A stretch of 64,000 bases of DNA from an uncultured Verrucomicrobiae bacterium (GTDB lineage: Bacteria; Verrucomicrobiota; Verrucomicrobiia; Limisphaerales; Palsa-1400). The translations under genes were made by a program, and so were the position numbers. The DNA lies in the NCBI GenBank assembly GCA_963707025.1, contig CAVPOM010000008.1:64001-128000 (forward strand). Direction: 5' to 3'. The stretch's first letter is position 1, and the number at the start of each line of letters is the position of its first letter. The notes below the pieces were generated by a model. That model had not been told where the DNA came from. It did not search any database and was given only the letters and a program-made list of their open reading frames with translations. Shown piece after piece: positions 18,146-27,077 of this stretch.

Positions 18146-18220
18146 TGGTGCGGCTGCCGGGAGTTGCGCCCGGACTTCCTCCATGGCGAGGAGATATTCT
18201 GCTGCTTAAATCACAGCCGC
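18146..18220 (-). tRNA. tRNA-Gly(GCC)
   Basis: tctcc-tcGCCat-ggagg; ACCA. Confidence 0.8.
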
Positions 18221-18221
18221 G

Positions 18222-18258
18222 AAAGTAAAAGGGCCGGGAGCGTTCAGGCTCCCGGCCC
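18222..18258 (-). terminator. Terminator-like hairpin between leader RNA and first tRNA
   Basis: gggccgggagc-ctgaac-gctcccggccc followed by ttttactt. Confidence 0.6.
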
Positions 18259-18266
18259 ATGCCATT

Positions 18267-18518
18267 TCAACAAAGAACAAACACCTCTTGGTGATCTATG
18301 CGATCCCAACCCGCGGTTTCACGGCGGCTGTTTCGGTGTTTAGGGGCACACCTCCTGCGAAGCCCTTGATATGTAAATCTAAAATTCGTCTCGCTCGTCT
18401 TGATGACGCTGTCTTCCGGTCATGGGCAGACCCCACCGGTGAGGCTTCTCTGCTCGTCCTCGCCAAATTCAAGTTGTCGCCAGAAGACATCACCTGGATG
18501 TCGCTTTGTTCTTGTTCA
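18267..18518 (-). ncRNA. Putative ~250-nt structured leader RNA
   Basis: Ends pair (aacaagaacaaa / tttgttctttgtt); several internal hairpins. Confidence 0.5.
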
Positions 18519-18567
18519 CAGATTGTCCGTCTTTCGTCGTCACTCGTTCACATTCATGGTGTTCAGG

Positions 18568-18606
18568 AAAAATAAAAAACCCTGCTTGCATTTCGGCAAG
18601 CAGGGT
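18568..18606 (-). terminator. Attenuator intrinsic terminator
   Basis: accctgcttgc-cgaaat-gcaagcagggt then tttttattttt. Confidence 0.85.
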
Positions 18607-18628
18607 GGAAAAAATTCTGTTTCGTTCG

Positions 18629-18799
18629 TTACCTGCTTGCCATGAGTCTATCCAACTTGACCTGTTGTTCCGACGCGGTCCTGGATAGGCTAAGGCTAAA
18701 CACACTACCCGGGTTATACCGGCTATGACGTGTCCCAATGGTCATTGGGGCCGTCGTAATCGGCCAACTCGTGGCTGATATGTTTAAGCAAGTTTTCAT
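18629..18799 (-). CDS. Putative attenuator leader peptide (56 aa)
   Basis: MKTCLNISATSWPITTAPMTIGTRHSRYNPGSVFSLSLSRTASEQQVKLDRLMASR*; begins just after the promoter; last codons form the antiterminator strand. Confidence 0.7.
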   Translation of the reverse strand: MKTCLNISATSWPITTAPMTIGTRHSRYNPGSVFSLSLSRTASEQQVKLDRLMASR

Positions 18800-18812
18800 T
18801 GAACTTATGCGA

Positions 18813-18841
18813 AAGCTATCATGGCGTGTTCATGTCGTCAA
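18813..18841 (-). promoter_or_regulatory. Sigma70-type promoter
   Basis: TTGACG-17 nt-TAGCTT with extended -10 TG and AT-rich upstream tract. Confidence 0.7.
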
Positions 18842-18959
18842 CTACTATTTGAAAATATTTTGAGATTTATTTATTTCTCTCGAATTCAAGTATCGGATTA
18901 GTTGATTTGAGATTCTGCGGCAGCGTCAATCGGGAATCAAATACCACTCGTGACTGCGA

Positions 18960-20058
<1,099 letters not shown>

Positions 20059-20192
20059 TCAACATTAGCACCAGGGCTGGGTTTGGGCGAAGGCGAAGTT
20101 GGATTTCCAAAGGCGGAAGATGATGCTTTTGCTTCTCCCTGGCACCAGAATATTAAGATTGCCTTCCGCGCATCAACCGGGCAGATGAAGAC

Positions 20193-20474
20193 ATGGCTAA
20201 AACACCAAAAAAGGCAAAGAGAACACCGAACGCGGCATTCATGAAACCGGTCACGCCGGACGAGGCCCTCGCCAAAGTAATTGGCGACAAACCCCTTCCA
20301 CGGACGGAGTTGACGAAAAAGCTCTGGGCTTACATCCGCAAGAATGGGTTGCAGGATGCAAAAAAGAAGACCCTCATCAATGCTGACGAGGCGCTGAAAG
20401 CCGTGTTCAACGGCAAGAAGCAGGTCAGCATGTTTGAGATGACCAAGCTGGTCTCCGGGCATGTGAAGAAATAA
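20193..20474 (+). CDS. SWIB/MDM2 domain protein
   Basis: PRTELTKKLWAYIRKNGLQD...VSMFEMTKLVSGH. Confidence 0.9.
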   Translation: MAKTPKKAKRTPNAAFMKPVTPDEALAKVIGDKPLPRTELTKKLWAYIRKNGLQDAKKKTLINADEALKAVFNGKKQVSMFEMTKLVSGHVKK

Positions 20475-20631
20475 GGGCTGGTCTATCTGCGGGCTTTCTT
20501 CACCTGTCATCCCGGAGCCGAGCGAGTGAGGATGGACGCCTTCGCTATCGTTGCTCGGGCGGCGGCTCCGTTGGCTTCGGCCAAAAGAACGCGACAACAT
20601 TGCCGACTCGGGTAATTGTTGAAGACACAGA

Positions 20632-21408
20632 ATGACTGAATCAAAGAGCCAATGGCAGACAGAAGAACTGGCCACAGCTTTTCTTCAGGGGGTGCGTGGC
20701 GCCATTCCGGGGGCCGACCTTCAACTGGAGGTCATGGGGAAGATCGTGGAACTGTGGATCCCCCGGCCTTCACGAATCCTCGATGTTGGGTGTGGCGACG
20801 GCATTCTGGGTCGCATGTTGCTGGAGAAGTTCCCATGCGCTCATGTGACATTCACTGACTTTTCGGACCCCATGCTCGCGGCAGTTCGGGCCAAGCTCGC
20901 AAATTCATCGAGAGCGACTGTCCTCAAGGCAGATTTCTCAGATCCTTCCTGGTTGGAAGCCATGGCGGACAAAGGCCCCTTCGATGTCGTGGTTTCGGGA
21001 TTCGCCATCCACCATCAGGCAGATGGCCGCAAGAAGGCACTTTATGCCGAGATTCATGGCATTCTCGCTCCGGGAGGCGTCTTCCTGAACCTTGAGCATG
21101 TCGCCTCGGCGACGCGCGCAGGTGAGGAGTTGTTTGACGCCCTGTTTGTTGATCACCTGATTCGTTTCCACAAGAGCGCGAAACCCGGCACAACCCGGCA
21201 AGAAATCGAAGCGACCTACTACAATCGTCCGGACAAAAAGGAAAACATTCTTGCGCCGCTGGATGCGCAATGCCAATGGCTTCGCCAGGCAGGATTTCAG
21301 GACGTGGACTGCTTTTTCAAGGTCTTCGAGTTGGCCCTGTTTGGCGGAAGGAAGGCCTCCAACCCCGCGCTGGCACGAACGAGGCTTCCAACCGTCGCCC
21401 GACTTTGA
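20632..21408 (+). CDS. Class I SAM-dependent methyltransferase
   Basis: ILDVGCGDG, FDVVVSGFAIHH. Confidence 0.85.
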   Translation: MTESKSQWQTEELATAFLQGVRGAIPGADLQLEVMGKIVELWIPRPSRILDVGCGDGILGRMLLEKFPCAHVTFTDFSDPMLAAVRAKLANSSRATVLKADFSDPSWLEAMADKGPFDVVVSGFAIHHQADGRKKALYAEIHGILAPGGVFLNLEHVASATRAGEELFDALFVDHLIRFHKSAKPGTTRQEIEATYYNRPDKKENILAPLDAQCQWLRQAGFQDVDCFFKVFELALFGGRKASNPALARTRLPTVARL

Positions 21409-21479
21409 TCGTGAGGTGTCAGCGCACGCGCGCCGCGGCTAAAAAAGTCGTCTTCCATGCTCAACGAACAGATCACGAA

Positions 21480-21650
21480 ATGGAAAAATCCCGGTTGATA
21501 AAACAAATCGTTGCCAGCCTGAGCCAAAGCCTGGGTGTTTTGGAAAAGGCCGCCCGGGCGTCTCATGCGGAGGCCACGCACGAGAGCAGCAAGGCGGAAA
21601 GCAAATACGACACGCGCGGACTCGAAGCGGCTTATCTGGCCGGCGGCCAC
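21480..21650 (+). pseudogene. Truncated GreA/GreB-like protein
   Basis: EATHESSKAESKYDTRGLEAAYLAGG, after which homology stops. Confidence 0.65.
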
Positions 21651-21760
21651 CTGCGCCAGCGGCAGACAGGAAAACACCTCCGCCGCCTGAAACAATCCTT
21701 CCCCATCACCAAATGCACGTATTTCCATAGTTCTGGCTCTGGTCCTGCGATCGCACCGCT

Positions 21761-21800
21761 TTCGCGCCAATCACGCCACTTTCGCGCCAATCACGCCACT
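21761..21800. repeat. 20-bp tandem duplication
   Basis: ttcgcgccaatcacgccact x2. Confidence 0.9.
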
Positions 21801-21829
21801 ACAGGAAACGGCCATGTCATTTCGTTGCT

Positions 21830-22129
21830 TCATACCAGGTGCTCTTGCCAGTGCCATGCTTGACCATACAATTCCGGCAGAAGGCGGAGGCGGTAGCGTT
21901 TGACCACCGCAGCTGCTTTGGTTCCCGCCTTATGGTTGGCGAAACGTTCCTCCCGGGTCAGCCCTGTCATCCCAACGTAGATATAGGGTTTCTTGGGATT
22001 GCGCTTCGGGTTTTCGGCACGAACCTTTCGGATTTTGCCGACCGCCGGCTCAAGCAGCACGACGTAAACATTGTGATGGTGCTCCGACAGTTGGCCGGGG
22101 CGGAGTCGCCTGAGCGTTCGACGCTTCAT
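21830..22129 (-). CDS. GIY-YIG-like protein (possibly truncated)
   Basis: NVYVV...IYVGMTG...ERFANHKAG. Confidence 0.6.
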   Translation of the reverse strand: MKRRTLRRLRPGQLSEHHHNVYVVLLEPAVGKIRKVRAENPKRNPKKPYIYVGMTGLTREERFANHKAGTKAAAVVKRYRLRLLPELYGQAWHWQEHLV

Positions 22130-22201
22130 TCGGCATCCATCGGGAAATCTGGTTCGTCGTCAACCAACCTAAATTGATTCCGTCTACCATAAGCACGGCA
22201 A

Positions 22202-22651
22202 TCAATCGCTGTTCCGCCAAGTAAGCAAAACGTCGCCCCGGAACCCAGCTATACCCAAACACAGGTACGTGGGGCCGGTCAAGGTCATCCATATCCACGC
22301 CTCTTGGCTTTGTTGCATTCGATCCCGATTCACTTTGAATGGAACTCCTTGGCGCTGATTTCTGCATGCATCGCTGACCCAGGCTTCGATCAAATCGGCC
22401 GTCTCAGCGTCTATCTCACTATCACACCAGCCACCCCACTTCGGCCCGGTGAAGTGGCGTTCAAGGCATTCTGTGCTCCACCGTATTGGGACAAACACCC
22501 CCTCCAGGCCATGATCATTGCACATATGACCGCCAACTTGGTTGTAAATCCACACCCCCGATTTGCAGGGCACAATTAAGCCCGCGCCGTGGTATTCGAG
22601 CAGGTCAATTTTTGGCAAATGTTGCTCGTTTTCAAAAATGTTCTCGTCCAT
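22202..22651 (-). CDS. Hypothetical protein (DUF6210-like)
   Basis: GLIVPCKSGVWIYNQVGGHMC...EGVFVP...W.NSD end. Confidence 0.6.
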   Translation of the reverse strand: MDENIFENEQHLPKIDLLEYHGAGLIVPCKSGVWIYNQVGGHMCNDHGLEGVFVPIRWSTECLERHFTGPKWGGWCDSEIDAETADLIEAWVSDACRNQRQGVPFKVNRDRMQQSQEAWIWMTLTGPTYLCLGIAGFRGDVLLTWRNSD

Positions 22652-22698
22652 ACGTCAAATCGATCTGGTTGGTTAAGAAGATGCATGGGAAAAGTGCG

Positions 22699-23138
22699 TT
22701 ATACTCCATAACCCTCCATCGCTTGCAGCACTTTGTTCACCTCTCCTGCCCGCAAACAGTCCAAGGGCCTTGTTCCACCGAGGAAACCCTGGTTTGAAAG
22801 GAAAAATAGCATTCGTCCAAAGTCATCCAGCCGGCAACCCGCACTGAGGATTTTAAGAGTCTCTTCCAAGCCGTCCAGCAACTCGCGGTCTTTGATTTGC
22901 CACACGGGGAAACGCGCCGCGCTCGTCCGTCCGTCATTCAGGCAATGATCTGTCCCCTGTGATACATTTTCAAAATGGCCGCTTTGGAGATGCCAAGCTC
23001 TCCCGCCGCCTTTTCCGCTGACCGGCTTCCCCCATCTGCTTCCATCAGCTTTCGGCGCGCGGTAATTCCCCTGGCCCTGGCCTTGGCCAACCGATTATCA
23101 GCCTCGGGAATTGCCTCGCGCTTTTTCATTTTCACCAT
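22699..23138 (-). pseudogene. HTH plus MbcA/ParS/Xre-like antitoxin domain protein, interrupted
   Basis: AAGELGISKAAI HTH; FPVWQ...FFLS...LGGTRPLDCLRAG; internal stop and frameshift. Confidence 0.6.
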
Positions 23139-23338
23139 AGCCATACGACGAGGGAATACAGGCCACCCAGCAATATCGCCCACCCGGCCAGACCGATGGC
23201 ATAGCCTTTCCAGGTGGTGCCCCAAACGCGCCAGTGGTCCATAGAATGAACAGCCCAATATCGAAACAGGTGGGGATCGAAATGGGCGATCACCCGCACC
23301 AATAAAATGAACGGCAAGAGGACAATTATTTTCATGCG

Positions 23339-23743
23339 TCAAGAAGGCTCCCCCGATTCCAGCTCGTAGAGCATTCGGCTCACTTGCGCCTCCGTCATCC
23401 CGTTCAATCTCCGCCGCAGGGCTTCGGCAATGCTCTCTCCTCGGTTCCGCTGTATTTTGCCAGCGTCCAAAAGAGCTGCCAGCCGGTACAAGGCGCCAGA
23501 CCGAAAGTCCTCTTCGGGGTCCGTGCCTGATTCAGGGTCAAGAAATGAACCGGTGACACCACTCGGGCCCCAGCCGAGATCCTCGTCGATCTCCGCCCCG
23601 GTCCGGCGATCAAACTCCCAAGCGCCGCAAATAATGCGATCTGCCGTGAGCTGTGTCACCTTGAACCTCATCGGTTTTGGAATTCCTCCGAACCAGCGCA
23701 AGACAAAATCCCCAACTGCTATTTCTGCAAGTTTTTTGCTCAT
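23339..23743 (-). CDS. Hypothetical protein
   Basis: ORF in a co-oriented cluster with overlapping start/stop codons. Confidence 0.6.
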   Translation of the reverse strand: MSKKLAEIAVGDFVLRWFGGIPKPMRFKVTQLTADRIICGAWEFDRRTGAEIDEDLGWGPSGVTGSFLDPESGTDPEEDFRSGALYRLAALLDAGKIQRNRGESIAEALRRRLNGMTEAQVSRMLYELESGEPS

Positions 23744-24060
23744 AATTCTTTCCCGATGCCGGATGACGGCTCAACCGCCGTGACGGCTGCGGAGTGCCCC
23801 TTCGATGCTTCCAACTCGACCGGCTTGAGAGTAAGCGAGTGTTCGTGTCGCTGGTAATCAACCAGAAGACCCACACCGCGAAGCACATTTTTGATTTCCT
23901 CCGCCCGTAGATTGGGGAACCGTTTGACGAACTCTCCAACGCTCTCCCCATCGGCCAGCGCTTCCAACAGAGCGCGCAGCGGCACTGTTGAACCCTTGAA
24001 GACCCAGGCCCTCTGGCCGGTTCGTCGCGAGACGACCTGGCCTGGCGGGCTTTTCACCAT
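23740..24060 (-). CDS. DUF433-domain protein
   Basis: WVFKGSTVPLRALLEALADGESVGEFVKRFPNL. Confidence 0.75.
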   Translation of the reverse strand: MVKSPPGQVVSRRTGQRAWVFKGSTVPLRALLEALADGESVGEFVKRFPNLRAEEIKNVLRGVGLLVDYQRHEHSLTLKPVELEASKGHSAAVTAVEPSSGIGKEL

Positions 24061-24121
24061 GCCCCGAGTTTGGTTTGTGGAATCGCTTCATAGCTTCTCC
24101 TGTTGGCGTATCGTCCACAAC

Positions 24122-24991
24122 TCAACGAGGATTCTCCTCGGCCTCGGTGCTTTCTGCAAAACGTCCGAACAACCGCCGCCGCGCATGGGCAAGAACTTCC
24201 GGCGCAGAAATGTGGCAGGGCCAAAACAGTCCCACCACTTCGCCCGCCTGGCGCAAATGGATGGCCACACTGTCCCTGTGCCATGTGAACCTGACCGAAT
24301 CCAACCGTCGGACGGTGTGGTCATACAAGATCGCCGGGACGGCGGCGCCATGACTGAACCAAACATAGTCCAGCAATCCGATGCGGTGGTAAAACACAGG
24401 ACGCACAGGGCGGCCCCGGGTTTTGGAGACTTCAGCCGTGAAAACCTCATCTTTCTCCGCCGGCCTGAGACCTCTGGGCGGGTGTCCCAACACCTGAACG
24501 ACCGCGCCGGACATGTTGCGACCGCTCCCCCAGGCCGGCTTGTCCCACAAATCCACCGAGTAGGCCGGCCGGTTTTGCCAACGGCCCATGCTGCAACGCA
24601 ATCGAACCCGCTTCCTTTCCAGGGGCCCAGAATTCATGGGGAGAAAGAGGTCCTCGTCCTCCGGATGGATCCGCGTCCACCAAACCGCGTCCCGCAGGAC
24701 CCGGGCCATCGGTATCGAACCGGGTTTCCAAAAAGGACTCGGATCGTTCTCGTAGAGCACGTAGAAGTTCTCTCCCGCAGCGCGCGCTGCCTGCGTGAGC
24801 TTCTCCCCGTCCAACGTCAGGTCCAAGTCGGCCTGTTTCAGCAGCCGACCGTGGATGTTGCAAACCTGCGCGTTGAACACAACAAAGTGGCTGCGGTGCC
24901 GCTTGCAATAGCCGCTTTTTGAATTCGCGATCAGGCGTCCCTCGGTAAAACCATGTTCCCGAAGGACGGCTATGATTTGGTTGTGGTGCAT
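24122..24991 (-). CDS. Hypothetical protein
   Basis: 289-aa ORF in the same cluster. Confidence 0.6.
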   Translation of the reverse strand: MHHNQIIAVLREHGFTEGRLIANSKSGYCKRHRSHFVVFNAQVCNIHGRLLKQADLDLTLDGEKLTQAARAAGENFYVLYENDPSPFWKPGSIPMARVLRDAVWWTRIHPEDEDLFLPMNSGPLERKRVRLRCSMGRWQNRPAYSVDLWDKPAWGSGRNMSGAVVQVLGHPPRGLRPAEKDEVFTAEVSKTRGRPVRPVFYHRIGLLDYVWFSHGAAVPAILYDHTVRRLDSVRFTWHRDSVAIHLRQAGEVVGLFWPCHISAPEVLAHARRRLFGRFAESTEAEENPR

Positions 24992-26229
24992 GGAATTAAT
25001 ATTGGGTCTCCATTGAGCATCTCATCTAGCCGATCACCGAGGATTTTCCATTGTCCTCGTTCGATTAGGTCAGCTGGAGCATCTCCTTTCAACCGGGGAT
25101 TCGGTCGTTCCAGCCAGCCGATGAGCACTCCGTGACGCAACCCTCGGTCATAAAATGCCAGCAACAACATCGTCCGGACAATGGCGCATTTTCCTCGCCA
25201 TCCGCGCATTTTCACGATGTCAGGTATTCTTAACATGTCCTCATCGGTTCTGATCGCATGCCCGTACTGCAACTGCCGTTCAGCCCGTGTTTTTTCTTCG
25301 TAGGTTTTCACGTGTTCAATGACCCGATCTGTTTTGCCAGACCGGATCAGATCCAGCGGACGTTGATTATCCAAGGCGTGGCATTTCCCCAGGAAAAACT
25401 CCATCATAACCCATTCGTGGCGGCTGCGAAAAACATGTAAAACGGCTTCGACGCCCGCCAGCACCTTTCCGTCTTCGAACTGCCAAACCGGGAACCGAAT
25501 AGTCAACCCTTCCTCCCATGATACCAAACGTCCGTCACGCAAACGCTCCAGCACTGCCGATTCAGATATTCCGAGCATACGGGCCGCATCTTCAACCGAC
25601 ACTCCGCCTCCGTCAGCGAGCTGCATTGTGCGCCGGCCTGCCTGGCATTCAGCGATGGGGTCCGTGTGTGGATCGATCGTTTCTGGCGTGAGTGAATCGT
25701 TCTCCGGAGGAGGCGTAGCATTGGCTGCGGGCATGGGCCCCTCCATTATGATATCGTTCACCTCATCGGCGAGTCTTCTCCACCGCCCTCCCTGAAGCAG
25801 ATCGACAGGGGACTTTCCAGAGAGCCGGGGATTTGGTTTTTCCAGCCAGCTTCGGAACGCCCCAGCGACCCAAAAACTCTCCAGATCCACCAGAAACAAA
25901 ATGGCGCGAACGACCTCGCGGACATCTTTCGACTGGAGCACTTTGACAGGATTAGATTCCTGTGCGATGTCTTCAGCGCTGGCTATTGCCGGCTTCGATT
26001 TCGAGCGCCGCTTTAATGCGGTGTTCTTTCGTGGAGCACCTAATTGTTTCTGCATAGACATCATGGCAGTCGTCCTGCTCAATCGGCAGGTCAATTTCGA
26101 TCGTGGCCTACAATCAAGTTTGGTAAAATCGTGTTCAATCATCACCAGTGGACTTTGTCGGAAAGCTGATGCCGGTGAAAGTGATATCCAACCACATGTA
26201 TTTTCTGCAGTGTGCGGGATTTTCTCCAA
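24970..26229 (-). CDS. Protein with three MbcA/ParS/Xre-like toxin-binding domains and an HTH (start uncertain)
   Basis: WLEKPNPRLSGKSPVDLL; FFLGKCHALDNQRPLDLI; WLERPNPRLKGDAPADLI. Confidence 0.7.
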   Translation of the reverse strand: MEKIPHTAENTCGWISLSPASAFRQSPLVMIEHDFTKLDCRPRSKLTCRLSRTTAMMSMQKQLGAPRKNTALKRRSKSKPAIASAEDIAQESNPVKVLQSKDVREVVRAILFLVDLESFWVAGAFRSWLEKPNPRLSGKSPVDLLQGGRWRRLADEVNDIIMEGPMPAANATPPPENDSLTPETIDPHTDPIAECQAGRRTMQLADGGGVSVEDAARMLGISESAVLERLRDGRLVSWEEGLTIRFPVWQFEDGKVLAGVEAVLHVFRSRHEWVMMEFFLGKCHALDNQRPLDLIRSGKTDRVIEHVKTYEEKTRAERQLQYGHAIRTDEDMLRIPDIVKMRGWRGKCAIVRTMLLLAFYDRGLRHGVLIGWLERPNPRLKGDAPADLIERGQWKILGDRLDEMLNGDPILIPCTTTKS

Positions 26230-26255
26230 TCCATCGAGGGATTGGCGGCGACTAT

Positions 26256-27077
26256 TCAGCTGCTCTCGACATCAACCACCAGCCAGGAAAGATTCTCGCG
26301 CGCGGTGGAAACTCTGAGTGTATGGAATGGTTGGGCGGCACCGGGCGCCAATTTGGGCGCCGACAGAACATCTTGATCCGCCACGATGACATGCTTTCGC
26401 CCGGCCAATGCGACGATGTCTTTCTGAAGTTCGGGAGCCGCTGACCAAATGCTATTTAGCAAGATCAGTGGTTCCTTCGAAGAGCGTATGGTCGGCCAAA
26501 GCACCCGAATCGCATCCAGGGTTTGGCCTGGGCGGTGAGAATTCGTTGCGTAAAGCAGGGTTCCGATTGGCACGAACCAGCTGGGCTCATGCAAATCCAA
26601 TCCGGCGGGGGTGCGATGCAGCCGGTCGGTGCGACAGAACGCGTGTCCCAAAGCAGTCAAAATAAAGGTGCGTTGAGGAGCGGTACCCCCGGTTATCAGG
26701 GTAAGTCCAACATCCTGAGCGATGAGGTTTTTCAACACCCCGACCGTAACCGGATTGTGTCGCAACCGGGGGTGATCAAGGAGCGGCAGATCCCGGCACA
26801 GTTCGTCGACGACACGGTGGCGATCTTGTGGAGCGAGTTGTTCGAGCAAACAAAAGAACGAGACGAGGTGCGGTTGAGGATAGACGCCAAACCAGTGGCT
26901 GGCAGTGCTCTCCGAGCGTCCCATGAGCCGGGCAAACTCGATGTTGCTGAGGGAATAGCCGCGCGAGGCGCCAACGGCCGCACCGATGCGCTCAAACAAC
27001 TTATTTCCGGCGATGGGATAAGCCGGCGGTCGGATGAAACCGGAGTCGTCCTTGCTGGCACTATGCTTTTTCTTCAT
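26256..27077 (-). CDS. Hypothetical protein (HTH plus degenerate P-loop-like region)
   Basis: LSNIEFARLMGRSESTASHW; GLTLITGG. Confidence 0.55.
   Translation of the reverse strand: MKKKHSASKDDSGFIRPPAYPIAGNKLFERIGAAVGASRGYSLSNIEFARLMGRSESTASHWFGVYPQPHLVSFFCLLEQLAPQDRHRVVDELCRDLPLLDHPRLRHNPVTVGVLKNLIAQDVGLTLITGGTAPQRTFILTALGHAFCRTDRLHRTPAGLDLHEPSWFVPIGTLLYATNSHRPGQTLDAIRVLWPTIRSSKEPLILLNSIWSAAPELQKDIVALAGRKHVIVADQDVLSAPKLAPGAAQPFHTLRVSTARENLSWLVVDVESS

Noticed and set aside
18267..18518. tmRNA, RNase P, SRP or GOLLD identity for the leader RNA
   Set aside because: No tRNA-like ends, no GAGGAAAGTCC or SRP loop motif, and too short for GOLLD
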